64,000 bases of DNA from an uncultured Chloroflexia bacterium (GCA_963825525.1 CAWGTN010000002.1:1888001-1952000); one strand, 5' to 3'. Counted from the first letter of the stretch, positions 27,703-38,123 are shown. A program made the numbers and translations. Notes: generated by a model from the letters alone, not told the origin.

Positions 27703-28824
27703 CTACTCCCCGCGGGGCGTGACCTCGACGCTGCCCTTCGTGAATCCGTCGCCGGTGGCGTCCTCCTCGATGCCGTCGAGGGCTGCCTGGGCAAGATCGG
27801 TCCTGGCCGCGTCCTCGGACGGGGCTTCAGTGATGATCCCGGAATCCAGGCTGATCTGGACCGTCTGATCCCACTGGTCGGAATCCAGGATGCCGATGCC
27901 ATCGGGGGAGGGCCAGATCAACGGGTTGATCTCGTTCATCATCCAGGCCTGGTGCCCGGTTCCGAGCGTCGAGCCCGCCGCCACGGTGTACTCGATGCAC
28001 TTGTCGGGATTGTCGCGGCAGAACATCCAGCCGCGGAAGCTTGCGCGGAGGAATCGCTCGGCGACGTCCTCGTTGCCATCCTCGGCAAGCCACGAGGCCC
28101 GCGCGAAGATCGCGTCCTGGAGCATGGCCGTCCCGACATCGTTGTAGTCGATGACGTTGAGGTCATCCGGCTGGTACAGCTCGCCCGTGTCGGGGTTCTC
28201 CGCCTCGAGCACCTGGGCGTACTCGTTGTAGATCATCGCCTCGGCGACGTCGATCTGCTCGGTGAGCAGCAGCGTCATGTCGAACGGCTGGGTGACCTTC
28301 TCGTAATCGACGCCTTCCTCGAGGCCCTCGGCCGACGCGGCCGCGGTGACCTCGAACTCGTTGCCGAAGTCCCAGACGCCCACCTTCTTGCCCTCGAAGT
28401 CGGCCGGGGAGGTGATGCCCGAATCGGCCCATGCCACGGACAACGTGCCGGAGCGCTGGAAGATCTGGGCGATGTTCACGAGATCCGAACCACCGGCTCG
28501 TGCCTCAAGCACCTTCGGCACCCAGCTGATCGTGAATTCGGGGCCGTCGGGCGCCGATCCCACCTGCTGGGGCACAACGTCCGGTCCGCCATCGAGAATC
28601 TCGACGTCAAGGTTCTCGTCCTCGTAGTAGCCCTCCTCCACGGCGGCAAAGTAACCGGCGAACTGGGCCTGCGGCGCCCACTGGAGCTGGAGCTGGACCG
28701 TAGCGGGCTCACCGCCGTCGCCGCCATCGCTGGGGGCGGTTGATTCGCCGGTCTGCGTTCCGCAGGCCGCCAGGAGGAGCGTCGCGCTCACCGCGACGCT
28801 CAACCAGATTCGGGATCGCTTCAT
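27703..28824 (-). CDS. ABC substrate-binding lipoprotein, NMT1/THI5 family
   Basis: Lipobox LAAC; LQW.PQAQFAGYFAA..GYY; AMIYNE; FLRAS..GW. Confidence 0.85.
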   Translation of the reverse strand: MKRSRIWLSVAVSATLLLAACGTQTGESTAPSDGGDGGEPATVQLQLQWAPQAQFAGYFAAVEEGYYEDENLDVEILDGGPDVVPQQVGSAPDGPEFTISWVPKVLEARAGGSDLVNIAQIFQRSGTLSVAWADSGITSPADFEGKKVGVWDFGNEFEVTAAASAEGLEEGVDYEKVTQPFDMTLLLTEQIDVAEAMIYNEYAQVLEAENPDTGELYQPDDLNVIDYNDVGTAMLQDAIFARASWLAEDGNEDVAERFLRASFRGWMFCRDNPDKCIEYTVAAGSTLGTGHQAWMMNEINPLIWPSPDGIGILDSDQWDQTVQISLDSGIITEAPSEDAARTDLAQAALDGIEEDATGDGFTKGSVEVTPRGE

Positions 28825-28932
28825 GCGCTCGGGCTCCTCGTGTGTCGGTGCGTGGTGTGATCCGGTCGGATTGGCGGATTCTACGGACCCAACCCGTGGC
28901 GTGCCAGCCGTTTATCCACAACTTTCCGCGGT

Positions 28933-30002
28933 TCAGCCCGCAGCCGGCAGCCGGAACCAGATCTCGGTCCGACCATCGCCGGAACGCGCACCGACCTCGC
29001 CCCCGTGCGACTCGACGATCTGGCGCACGATGGCAAGGCCGATTCCCGCGCCTCCGGTGGCCCGCGTTCGTGACGGATCGACGCGGTGGAACCGCTCCCA
29101 GATCAGGGGAATCTCACCGGGCGGGATCTCTGCACCGGTGTTGGCGATGGCGCAGGCAACCCCGTTGGCCTCGGCCCGCAGGTGGACGCTGATGTCGCCG
29201 CCATCGGCGGTGTAGCGCGCCGCGTTCTGCACGAGGTTGCTCACGACTTGTCCGATGCCGTCCGGATCCGCCGTGAGTCGCGGGAGGTTGGGGCTCTCGT
29301 CGATGCGGACGCTGATGGACCGGTTCGCGAGGTCGGGCGCCGCCAACGACAGCGCACGACGAACCACGTCGCCGAGATCGACTTCGATCCGGGCGCGCTC
29401 CCGGGTGCGCTCGTCGTTGCGAGCCAGCTGGTCGAGCGCCTCCACCAGCCGCGTGAGGCGCTCGATCTCGGCGTGGACGGTGCGCAGCATCTCCTCGGAC
29501 GGCTCAACGACGCCGTCGGCCAGCGCCTCGGTGTAGCCGCGCAGCACGGTGAGCGGCGTGCGGAGCTCGTGGGCGACATCGGCGACCAGGGTGGTGCGCA
29601 GCTCCTCCACCCGCTCGAGCGTGGCGGCCATCTGGTTGAAGGCGTGGGCCAGGTCGCGCAGCTCGCGGTCCGACGGCTCCGGGACCCGCGCCGCCAGGTC
29701 GCCGGCCGTGACGCTGATGGGTGGCCTCGGTCAGTCGAGCCACCGGACGGAGCACCCGTCGCGCGAGCCACCAGCGCGGAGACGCCACCGAGGACGACTC
29801 CGGCGAGCGCGCCGATGGCCACGACCCGGGCGATGTTGTCGTCGACCATGGCTCGCGCCTCGGCCTCGGAGGTGGCGCCTTCCATCAGCAGATGCATGAT
29901 CTGCTCGGTGCTGAACCAGCGAACCGAGGCCAGGATCACGCCCGCCGCGATGAGCGAGGTCGCCAGCATGGCCAGCACCAGCCGCACCCGAAGCGTATTC
30001 AT
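28933..30002 (-). CDS. Membrane sensor histidine kinase (HAMP-HisKA-HATPase), two apparent +1 frameshifts (~29776, ~29720)
   Basis: Two TM segments; HAMP LARRVLRPVARL...AFNQMA spread over three frames; AHELRTPL, NLVQNAARY, GGAGIGL. Confidence 0.8.
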
Positions 30003-30719
30003 GTCGATTGGGCCTGCCGGCTTGCGGTCGCGGGCGAGGAACCGGTACCCGACGGAGCGCACCGTGCCGATGAACCGCGGGCTGGTCGCCGCGTCCTGGA
30101 GCTTGTGGCGCAGGCGACCGAGGTGGACGTCGATGGTGCGGTCGATGATCCCGGGGTCGTCATTGCCGTGCATGGCGCTGATCAGCTCGTCGCGAGTGAA
30201 GACCCGCATCGGCCGTGACATCAAGGCGTAGAGCAGGCGGAACTCCGAGGCCGTGACCTCGATCTCGCGGCCGTCGAGCTCCAGCCGCATGGCACCCGGA
30301 TCGATGACCAGGCCGTTCGCCGCCAGGGTCGGCTGGCTGGCCGCCGGCTGCCGCTGACGGCGCAGCTGGGCCCGAATGCGCGCCATCAGCTCTCGGGGAC
30401 TGAATGGCTTGACGACGTAGTCGTCCGCACCCACGTCCAGTCCGACGACCTTGTCGGAGTCGCCGCTGCGCGCGGTGAGCAGCAGGATCGGCGTGCTCGC
30501 CTCCTCGCGCAGTCGCCGGCAGACCTCGAGCCCGTCCATCCCGGGGAGCATCACGTCGAGCAGGACGAGGTCGCACGCCTCCTCTCGTGCCAGGGTGAGC
30601 GCACCGGCTCCGTCCTCCGCCTCCAGAACGCGATAGCCGTCGCGCGTCAGGTACAGCCGCAGCAGGTCCCGAATGCCAGGGTCGTCATCGACCACCAGGA
30701 TCGTGGACCGCGGGCTCAT
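29999..30719 (-). CDS. OmpR-family response regulator (apparent +1 frameshift near 30030 removes the stop)
   Basis: VVDDD, LDVMLP, GADDYVVKPF, RTIDVHLGRLR, TVRSVGYRF; removing one base restores an ATGA overlap with the kinase. Confidence 0.88.
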
Positions 30720-31411
30720 CCGAGAACCTGGGGCAGGTTGACCCACAGGTCCCACGCTCCGATGCCGATGAGCAGCACACCCATCACGATCTGCAGCGGA
30801 CGCTCCCAGCGAACGACGGCGCTTGCCAGACCGCGCGCACGTGCCTGTCCCACCAACCCGAGCGCCAGCAGCGGGAGGCCGAACCCGACCCCGAAGGCCC
30901 CGAAGAAGGCCAGCTGGCGTGCCGCATCGCCGATCGTGAGCGACGCCACGAAGATCCCGATGAGGAACGGCCCCGAGCAGGGGAGCGCGATCGGCGCGAA
31001 CATCAGGCCGTACATGAACGAGCCGGCCAGCGGCCCGGCGCTGCCGAGTCCCCGAGGCGAGGCCTGCGGCAGGCGCGCGAACGGATTGATGCCCCTCAGC
31101 AGCAGGACCCCGAGTCCGATGAGCACGAGGTCGATGATCGGCAACGCCACGCGCAGCACGCTGCCGAGGCTCAGTGAGAGCAGCGCGAGCAGCCCGCCGA
31201 TGGCGATCATCCCGACCACCACCCCGAGCCAGACCAGGACCGCCGCCAACGCGGGAGGCGGCCGCCGCTGGGCGACGGCAGATCCATCGGCACCGACGGT
31301 CACCGTGGCGGGCGCCGTGAGGTAGGCGAGGAACCCCGGGTACAGCGGAAGGACGCAGGGCGTGATCGTCGCGCCGATCCCCGCGCTGACCGCGATCAGC
31401 AGCTCGCCCAT
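30716..31411 (-). CDS. ccdA: CcdA/DsbD-family protein, second copy
   Basis: TPCVLP and LPCSGP; colinear with 2860..3558. Confidence 0.85.
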   Translation of the reverse strand: MGELLIAVSAGIGATITPCVLPLYPGFLAYLTAPATVTVGADGSAVAQRRPPPALAAVLVWLGVVVGMIAIGGLLALLSLSLGSVLRVALPIIDLVLIGLGVLLLRGINPFARLPQASPRGLGSAGPLAGSFMYGLMFAPIALPCSGPFLIGIFVASLTIGDAARQLAFFGAFGVGFGLPLLALGLVGQARARGLASAVVRWERPLQIVMGVLLIGIGAWDLWVNLPQVLG

Positions 31412-31416
31412 CGGCC

Positions 31417-32058
31417 TCAGCCGGCGCCGAGCTCGGCGACGACGTCTCCGGCGCTCCGAACGCCGCGCCCGAACTCGAGCGGGCGCACCGTGCCGTCAGC
31501 CTCGATGACGATGAGCGGGGTCGATGGCGGATTGGTTGCGGCGACGCCGAAACGGTCCTGGAGCAGGCGGTACAGGTCCGCATCGGCCATGGCGAAGGCC
31601 CAGTCGAATCCCTCCCGGTCGGCGTACGAGGCAAGGTCGGCCGGTGCCTCGGACAGGTCGACATCGAGCGATACGGAGGTGAAGTCCGCCAGGTCGTGGG
31701 CGCCGATGATCTCGTGCTGCTGCGATCGGCAGCTGCTGCACCAGACGGCCATGGGCTCGAGCAGGACGGGTCCATCGGTCGCGGCCAGCTCGCCGATCGT
31801 GAACGTCTCGCCACTGCGGACGTCGGTCAGCTCGACGGCCAGCAGTGCGTCGGTCTGCGCGGCCTCGGATGGCGCGGCCGAGGCCGCGGTCCCGGTGGGA
31901 CCGGGCTCGGTCGGCATCGGGTCGGGGCTGCCGCTCGCCGCTCCCTCGCTGGAGGAGGGCGCCGCGCTGCTCACGTCAGACCCCGTCGTGGACGTGCCGG
32001 CGCAGGCGGTCAGCGTCGCCACCACGAGAATGGCGAGCAGATGGGTGGGTCGGTTCAT
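31417..32058 (-). CDS. TlpA-like thioredoxin-fold lipoprotein, second copy
   Basis: Lipobox LTAC, Ser/Pro-rich linker, WCSSC; shares ELTDVRSGETFT, NPPSTP and LEFGR with 2329..2847. Confidence 0.8.
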   Translation of the reverse strand: MNRPTHLLAILVVATLTACAGTSTTGSDVSSAAPSSSEGAASGSPDPMPTEPGPTGTAASAAPSEAAQTDALLAVELTDVRSGETFTIGELAATDGPVLLEPMAVWCSSCRSQQHEIIGAHDLADFTSVSLDVDLSEAPADLASYADREGFDWAFAMADADLYRLLQDRFGVAATNPPSTPLIVIEADGTVRPLEFGRGVRSAGDVVAELGAG

Positions 32059-32065
32059 GTTCGTG

Positions 32066-32097
32066 AGCCTAGGGATCCCGTGTGACGGTCGTGTGAC
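32066..32097 (-). promoter_or_regulatory. OmpR-type direct repeat GTCACACG-acc-GTCACACG plus -10 TAGGCT
   Basis: Perfect 8-bp direct repeat with an 11-bp period at about -21..-39 of a leaderless-type start, upstream of an operon encoding an OmpR regulator. Confidence 0.6.
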
Positions 32098-32128
32098 ACC
32101 GGCCCATGGTCGCACGAGCCGTCGCCGG

Positions 32129-32983
32129 TCAGGTCGGGTCCTGGCTTCGAACCGATGCGTGCCACGGGATGAGCGCCCGCTCGAGCGCGACGATCAGCAG
32201 GTAGAACGTGATCCCGGTCACCGCTGCCAGGAAGATGGCGGCCCATGTCACGTCGAATCGCAGGGCGGACGCGGACTGAACCACCACTCTGCCGATCACG
32301 GTCGATGATCCACCGAAGTACTCGCCGACGATCGCTCCGATGAGGCTCAGGGTGGTGGCCACCTTGAGCGCGGTCAGGAAGAAGGGAAGCGCGTTCGGCA
32401 GTCGGAGCTTGCGAAGAATCGTCCACTCCGATGCCGCGTACGAGCGCATGAGCTCCAACGCGGAAGGCTCGACCGAGGTCAGCCCGCGGGTCACGTTGAT
32501 CATCACCGGGAAGAACACGAGCAGCGCCGCGATCATCATCTTCGAGACGGGGTTCGTGACGCCGAACCAGGCGTTGAAGATCGGCGCGATGGCGATGATC
32601 GGGATGGCGTTCGCCGCCACCGCGAAGGGCAGTACCGCGTCCCGCGCGTTCGCCCAGCGGGCCACGCCGAACGCGATGATGATGCCGACCACGGTGCCGA
32701 TAACCAGCCCGCCGACAGCCTCGAACAGCGTGGCCATCGCGGAGTCGAACAGCGGCCATCGCCCGGCGCCCCAGTTCTCGACCAGCGCCGCGCCGATGGC
32801 CGAGGGTGCCGGCAGGATGAATGCGCGTACGTCCAGGAGCTGGATGACGAGCTCCCAGATCCCGAGGGCGGCAACGCCGACGATCACGGCCGGCAGGTTG
32901 TGTCCGAAGGCGGCTCCGATGCGACCGGCGCGCGAGGGTCGCGGCGGCACCGGGACGCCGACCGATGGGGCAGCGGCGGTCAC
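32129..32983 (-). CDS. ABC permease (SsuC/TauC type)
   Basis: ILPAPSAI, IPIIAIAP, KLRLPNALP, GAIVGEY. Confidence 0.85.
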   Translation of the reverse strand: MTAAAPSVGVPVPPRPSRAGRIGAAFGHNLPAVIVGVAALGIWELVIQLLDVRAFILPAPSAIGAALVENWGAGRWPLFDSAMATLFEAVGGLVIGTVVGIIIAFGVARWANARDAVLPFAVAANAIPIIAIAPIFNAWFGVTNPVSKMMIAALLVFFPVMINVTRGLTSVEPSALELMRSYAASEWTILRKLRLPNALPFFLTALKVATTLSLIGAIVGEYFGGSSTVIGRVVVQSASALRFDVTWAAIFLAAVTGITFYLLIVALERALIPWHASVRSQDPT

Positions 32984-33810
32984 CCGATGCGTCCCTCGGC
33001 CGCGAGGCGTGCCTCGGATGCGCTTGACCCTTCGCCCGCTCGCAGGGCCTCGCGAACCTCGGTCACGACCTGGAAGTAGCGGGGATCCTCGCGCGTCTCG
33101 TCGTTGCGCGGATGCGGCAGGGGCACGTCGACGACACGCGTGATCCGGCCGGGTCGCGCGCTCATGACCACGACCCGCGTCGACAGGAAGACCGCCTCGG
33201 GGATCGAATGGGTCACGAACACGACCGTCGTCCCGGTCTGCTCCCAGATGCGGAGCACCTCGGAGTTCATCCGCTCCCTGGTCATCTCGTCGAGGGCGCC
33301 GAACGGCTCGTCCATGAGCAGAATCGCCGGCTGGAGCGCCAGTGCGCGCGCGATGGCCACGCGCTGCTGCATGCCGCCCGACAGCTGGTACGGGTGGTGC
33401 TTCGCGAAGTCGCTCAGCTCCACCAGTGCAAGCATCTCCCGCGCCCGCTCGTCGCGCTGGGTCCGGTTCATGTCCAGGATTTCGAGCGGCAGCTTCACGT
33501 TCTCCTCGACGCTGCGCCACTCGAACAGCACCGGCGCCTGAAACACCATTCCGTATTCCCGGCCCATGCGCGCCGCGTGCGACGGCTTGCCATTGACCTC
33601 CACGCTGCCGGCGGTCGGGGCGGTCAGGTCACCGATCAGCCGCAGCAGCGTGCTCTTGCCGCAACCCGATGGGCCGATGAGGCTCACGAACTCGCCGCGT
33701 TCGATGCTCAGGTCGATCCCGGACAGAGCGGTGGTCACCACCTGGTCGCCGGCGTTGAACTGCTTGTCGAGGCCCGTGATCCGGACGACGGGGGCCTGGG
33801 CGTCGGTCAT
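32980..33810 (-). CDS. ABC ATP-binding protein (SsuB/TauB type)
   Basis: GPSGCGKS, LSGGMQQR, MDEPFGALD. Confidence 0.9.
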   Translation of the reverse strand: MTDAQAPVVRITGLDKQFNAGDQVVTTALSGIDLSIERGEFVSLIGPSGCGKSTLLRLIGDLTAPTAGSVEVNGKPSHAARMGREYGMVFQAPVLFEWRSVEENVKLPLEILDMNRTQRDERAREMLALVELSDFAKHHPYQLSGGMQQRVAIARALALQPAILLMDEPFGALDEMTRERMNSEVLRIWEQTGTTVVFVTHSIPEAVFLSTRVVVMSARPGRITRVVDVPLPHPRNDETREDPRYFQVVTEVREALRAGEGSSASEARLAAEGRIG

Positions 33811-33820
33811 CGCTCGCTCC

Positions 33821-34693
33821 TCACGCGGCGTCCGGCACGGAACCGCGACCGCGCAGCGCGACCAGCTCCGCGACGCGGATGAGCCCGAAGAACACGATCC
33901 CGAGCAGTGCACAGGCGATGATCGTGGCCCACAGCTTCTCCGGCCCGCTGATGTACTGGTTGTTGAAGTTGATGATGGCCCGGCCCAGGCCGTCGCGGAT
34001 CTGGCCGGGTCCCTCGCCGACGATGGCGCCGACGATGCTGGCGGTCGCGCTGATCTTGAGTGCGGTGAACAGGTACGGGAGTGACGCCGGCATGCGCAGC
34101 TTCCAGAAGATGCTGCGCCGGCTGGCCGCGTACGAGCGCATGAGCTCCAACGCACGTGGATCGGGCGAGCGCAGCCCGCGAATCATGGCGATCGTGACCG
34201 GGAAGAAAGTGAGGTAGGTGGCGATGATCACCACGCTCAGCACGTCGGGCCCGAAGGCGAACACGATCATGGGCGCCAGTGCCACGATCGGGATCGTCTG
34301 GCTGGCGATCACGTACGGCACGAATGCCCTCTCGAGCAGTGTCGAGTGCACGAAGGCCGCCGCCAGGCCGATGCCGATGATGGCGCCCACCACGAAGCCG
34401 ATGGCGGCCTCGCGCCAGGTGTAGGCGGCCGCACCGACCAGGAACTGGGCCAGCGAGGCATCCGACCCGCGCTGTACCGGCGCGGCGAGCGCGCCGAAGA
34501 TGTCCCACACGTGGGGGAGCAGCAGGTCGGAGGCGAACCAGATCTCGAGGGGCGGTTCCCAGACCCAGGTCTCGGTGCGCCACGGATCGCCCCCGACGAA
34601 CTTCACGCCCTCCCAGGCGACGAGGATGAACGCCGCGAACGCGACGAAGATCGCGACCCGCCGGACCCAGCCGCGTTCAGGCGACTGCGGCAT
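33821..34693 (-). CDS. ABC permease (SsuC/TauC type)
   Basis: QTIPIVALAP, KLRMPASLP, GAIVGE. Confidence 0.85.
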   Translation of the reverse strand: MPQSPERGWVRRVAIFVAFAAFILVAWEGVKFVGGDPWRTETWVWEPPLEIWFASDLLLPHVWDIFGALAAPVQRGSDASLAQFLVGAAAYTWREAAIGFVVGAIIGIGLAAAFVHSTLLERAFVPYVIASQTIPIVALAPMIVFAFGPDVLSVVIIATYLTFFPVTIAMIRGLRSPDPRALELMRSYAASRRSIFWKLRMPASLPYLFTALKISATASIVGAIVGEGPGQIRDGLGRAIINFNNQYISGPEKLWATIIACALLGIVFFGLIRVAELVALRGRGSVPDAA

Positions 34694-36012
34694 CGGTGAT
34701 CTCGAGCGCGCGATCGATGATCGCGAACCCTTCGGCCAGCTCCTCCTCGCTGATGGTCAGCGGCGGGTTCGTGAAGAACGAGTTCCAGCGCACGAAGGTG
34801 TAAAGCCCGTCTTCGCGGAAGCGCTTCCCCAGCGCCGCCATCTCGTCGCTGGTGCCGTTGAACGGGGCCAGCGGCTCCATGGTCTCGCGGTTGCGAACGA
34901 GCTCGACGATCCCGAACAGGCCGATGCTACGGGTGGCACCCACGCTCGGATGCCTGGCCGCCAAGCTCGGCGTGGTGCTGCTTGAGAGTCTCGCCCATCT
35001 GGGCGGCCCGCTCGATGAGGTTCTCGTTCTCATACACCTCGATCGTTGCGAGCGCGGTGGCGCAGGCCAGCGGATGCGAGTTGTACGTCAGGCCGCCGTA
35101 GAAGACGTTGGAGTCGAAGTGCTCGGCGTACTTGCGCCGCATGCCGAGTGCGCCGAGCTGCACGTAGGCGCTGGTGAGTCCCTTGGCCATGGTGATGAGG
35201 TCGGGAACCACGTCCCAGTGGTCGATGGCGAACCACTTGCCGGTGCGGCCGAAGCCGGCCATCACCTCGTCGGCGATCATGAGGATGCCGTAGCGGTCGC
35301 AGATCTCGCGGACGCCCTGGATGTAGCCGTCCGGCGGCACGAGGATGCCGTTCGTGCCGGTCACCGTCTCGAGGATGAACGCGGCGATCGTGTTCGGCCC
35401 CTCGAGCTGGATCGTCTCCTCCAGGAGGGCCAGCGCCTCGTCCGCCGTGTCCCAGCCGCGCTGGATGCCGTGGTACGGATCCATCACGCGGACCACGCCG
35501 GGGATGCCCGGCTCATTGGCCCATCGGCGCGGATCACCGGTCAGGGTCATGGCGCCGGCGGTGCCGCCGTGGTAGCTGCGGTAGCGGGCCAGGATCTTGT
35601 GCCGGCCGGTCACGAGTCGCGCGAGCTTGACGGCGTTCTCGTTTGCCTCGGCGCCCCCGTTGGTGAAGAAGAAGGTGTCGATGTCGCCCGGGGTCAGCTC
35701 CGCCAGCTTCTTCCCCAGCCGCGCCCGCGGCTCCGTGGCCATGAATGGGTTCGCGTAGGCCAGCGTCTCCGCCTGGCGCTTGATCGCCTCGACGACGTGC
35801 GGATGGCCGTGGCCGATGTTCGTGCACATCAGCTGGCTGTTGAAATCCAGGAAACGCTTGCCCTCGGGCGTCCAGAAGTACACGCCCTTGGCGCCGGCCA
35901 CCGGAATCGGGTCCACCTTGCTCTGGGCGGACCACTCGAACAGCGTGTGGCGCTTTGTGAGCTCGACCATCTCGGCCCCGCTCATCGTCCCCCGATCGGT
36001 CTCGATCGCCAT
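34677..36012 (-). CDS. Class III PLP aminotransferase (omega-amino acid type), apparent +1 frameshift ~34963
   Basis: SYHG, DEVMAGFGRTG, MAKGL; C-terminus RSIGLFG..E...PPL continues in ORF 34677..35033. Confidence 0.85.
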
Positions 36013-36191
36013 GCGAAAACCCCTTGCAGGTGTTGCGTTCGTGCAGAAGGACCGATTAGACCACAGGGCGCAATGCGCTTCGCGCATCGGGGCCGTGCGG
36101 TCCGCCGGGGTCGGGCCATCTGGCCCTAGGGCCTCCATCGGCCAGCGAGGATTCTAGGAGTACCTTGGACGTACATAGGAGGAGGATCCGC

Positions 36192-36665
36192 ATGGATCCC
36201 ACGCGAAACCGACGGTGGCAGCTGCTCGCCGCGGTATTCGGCATGACGCTGATGATCGGCGCCTGCACGGCATCGGACGCGTCGCCCGACGCCAACGGCG
36301 AAGGCACGCAGATCGACGTCACCCTGCAGGAGTGGGCCGTCGTCATCGCACAGGACAGTGCCCCTGCGGGCGACGTCACATTCAACATCACGAATGACGG
36401 CCCCGCCGACGTTCACGAATTCGTGATCTTCAAGACCGACCTTGCTCCTGGAGATCTGCCCGTTGACGATCGAGGTGTCGTGGAGGAGGGCGGTGGCAGC
36501 ATCGAGGTCATCGACGAGGTAGAGGACATCGAGGTCGGTTCGAGCGCGGACCTCTCGGTCAACCTCGAATCGGGGAGCTATGTCCTGGTCTGCAACATCT
36601 ACGATGACGGTGAGGCTGAGGCGCACTACGCCTTGGGCATGCGGGTCGCGTTCACCGTTCCGTAG
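36192..36665 (+). CDS. Cupredoxin-like blue copper lipoprotein
   Basis: Lipobox IGAC; VHEF plus C-NIYDDGEAEA-H-YALG-M type-1 Cu ligand set; GGAGG SD. Confidence 0.75.
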   Translation: MDPTRNRRWQLLAAVFGMTLMIGACTASDASPDANGEGTQIDVTLQEWAVVIAQDSAPAGDVTFNITNDGPADVHEFVIFKTDLAPGDLPVDDRGVVEEGGGSIEVIDEVEDIEVGSSADLSVNLESGSYVLVCNIYDDGEAEAHYALGMRVAFTVP

Positions 36666-36715
36666 GAGAGCCAGAGGGAGGACGCCGTCTGCGGGCGGCG
36701 CCCGTCACGACGTCC

Positions 36716-38114
36716 TCAGCCTCGGGCGCAGCGCAGGATCGCCTCGACGGACACATCGGCATCGGCCTCGGTTGTCGACCAGCTGCTTACGCTGATCCGC
36801 ATCGCCGCCATGCCGTGCCAGCTTGTCCCGGACAGCCAGAGGGTTCCGTCCTCCTGGACGCGGCGGATCACTTCGCGCGTGAACGCGTCGGCGTCGCCGC
36901 CGTCGGCCGGGGTGAAGCGCACGAGCACCTGGTTCAGGACCACGTCATTGAGGATTTCGACGCCGTCCGCCTCTGCGAGCCCGGCGGCCATGCGGCGGGC
37001 GATCGCGCAGGTGCGTTCGATCATGTCTCGCACGCCGCGACGGCCGAGCGTGCGGAGGGCCGCATACATCGTGAACCCGCGGGCGCGGCGCGAGAACTCG
37101 GGCACCCACGAAACCTCGTCGCGCTCCTGCTCGGGCCCGTACTCGAGGTAGGCGGCGTGGGGCGGTGCCATGGCGCGCACGTGGACCGCCGCATCGGCCA
37201 CGAATGCGAGCCCCGAGTCGTAGGGCACGTTCAACCACTTGTGAGCGTCGGTCGCCCAGGAGTCCGCCTCGCCGATGCCGTCAACCAGGCTCACCAGCTC
37301 GGGTGACACGGCCGCCCACAGCCCGAACGCTCCGTCGACGTGCACCCAGGCGCCCTCGCGCCGCCGCACGATTTCGATGGCACTGCGGATCGGATCGAAC
37401 GAGCCGGTGTTCACGTTGCCGGCCTGGAGGCACACGATGAGCGGTGCATCGGCCGGGATGGCGTCGAGGGTCTCGGCCAGTCGGGCGAGCTCGATCCGGC
37501 CCTCACCGTCGGTCGGCACGACGTGGACCCGGTCGCGGCCCAGGCCGAGGTACTGCAGCGCGGTGTGGAGCGTGCTGTGCGCCTCTGCTCCGACCACGAC
37601 CTGGATCTCGCGGCGCGCCGAACAAGCCCTGGGTCGTCGGATCCCAGCCCACGCGCTCGAGGACCGACTGGCGCGCGGCGGCGAGGCAGGTGAAGTGCGC
37701 CATCTGGCAGCCTGTCACGAGCCCGAAGCCGCTCGACTCCGGCAGGCCGAACAGGTCGATGAGCCACGCCCCGACCGCCTCCTCGACCACCGAGGCCGCC
37801 GGCCCGGCCACGTACAGCCCGGCGTTCTGGTCCCAGGTCGAGGTCAGCCAGTCCGCGGCCACCGCCGCCGGAAGCGAGCCCCCGATGACGAAGCCGAAGT
37901 AGCGCGGCCCGGCCATGGCGACCGCCGCCCTTCCGCCGACATCGGCAAGGTGCTCGATCACCGCCGATGGATCCTCTCCCATCTCCGGGAGCTCGACGAC
38001 GAGCTGCTCGCGCAGCTCGGCCACGTGCTGGCGTGGCATGACCCGTCGTTCGGGAAGCGAGTCGAGGAAGTCGATGGCGAGTTCGGCGGTCCGCCGAAGC
38101 AGCTCTGCACTCAT
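36716..38114 (-). CDS. Group II PLP-dependent decarboxylase (AADC-like), apparent +1 frameshift ~37610
   Basis: RYFGFVIGG, WDQNA in the 5' frame; HVDGAFG, DAHKWLNVPYD in the 3' frame. Confidence 0.85.
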
Positions 38115-38123
38115 GCGCGGATC

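Noticed and set aside
28912-28920. Replication origin
   Set aside because: Single DnaA box, no box cluster or AT-rich unwinding element, and no dnaA/dnaN nearby.
29241-31814. 857-aa ORF or response regulator-kinase fusion
   Set aside because: Composite of an off-frame stretch, the regulator and the kinase N-terminus; explained by +1 errors and a restorable ATGA overlap.
34677-38114. Pseudogenes or programmed frameshifting in the aminotransferase and decarboxylase
   Set aside because: No slippery heptamers or further decay; same +1 pattern as the other presumed errors.
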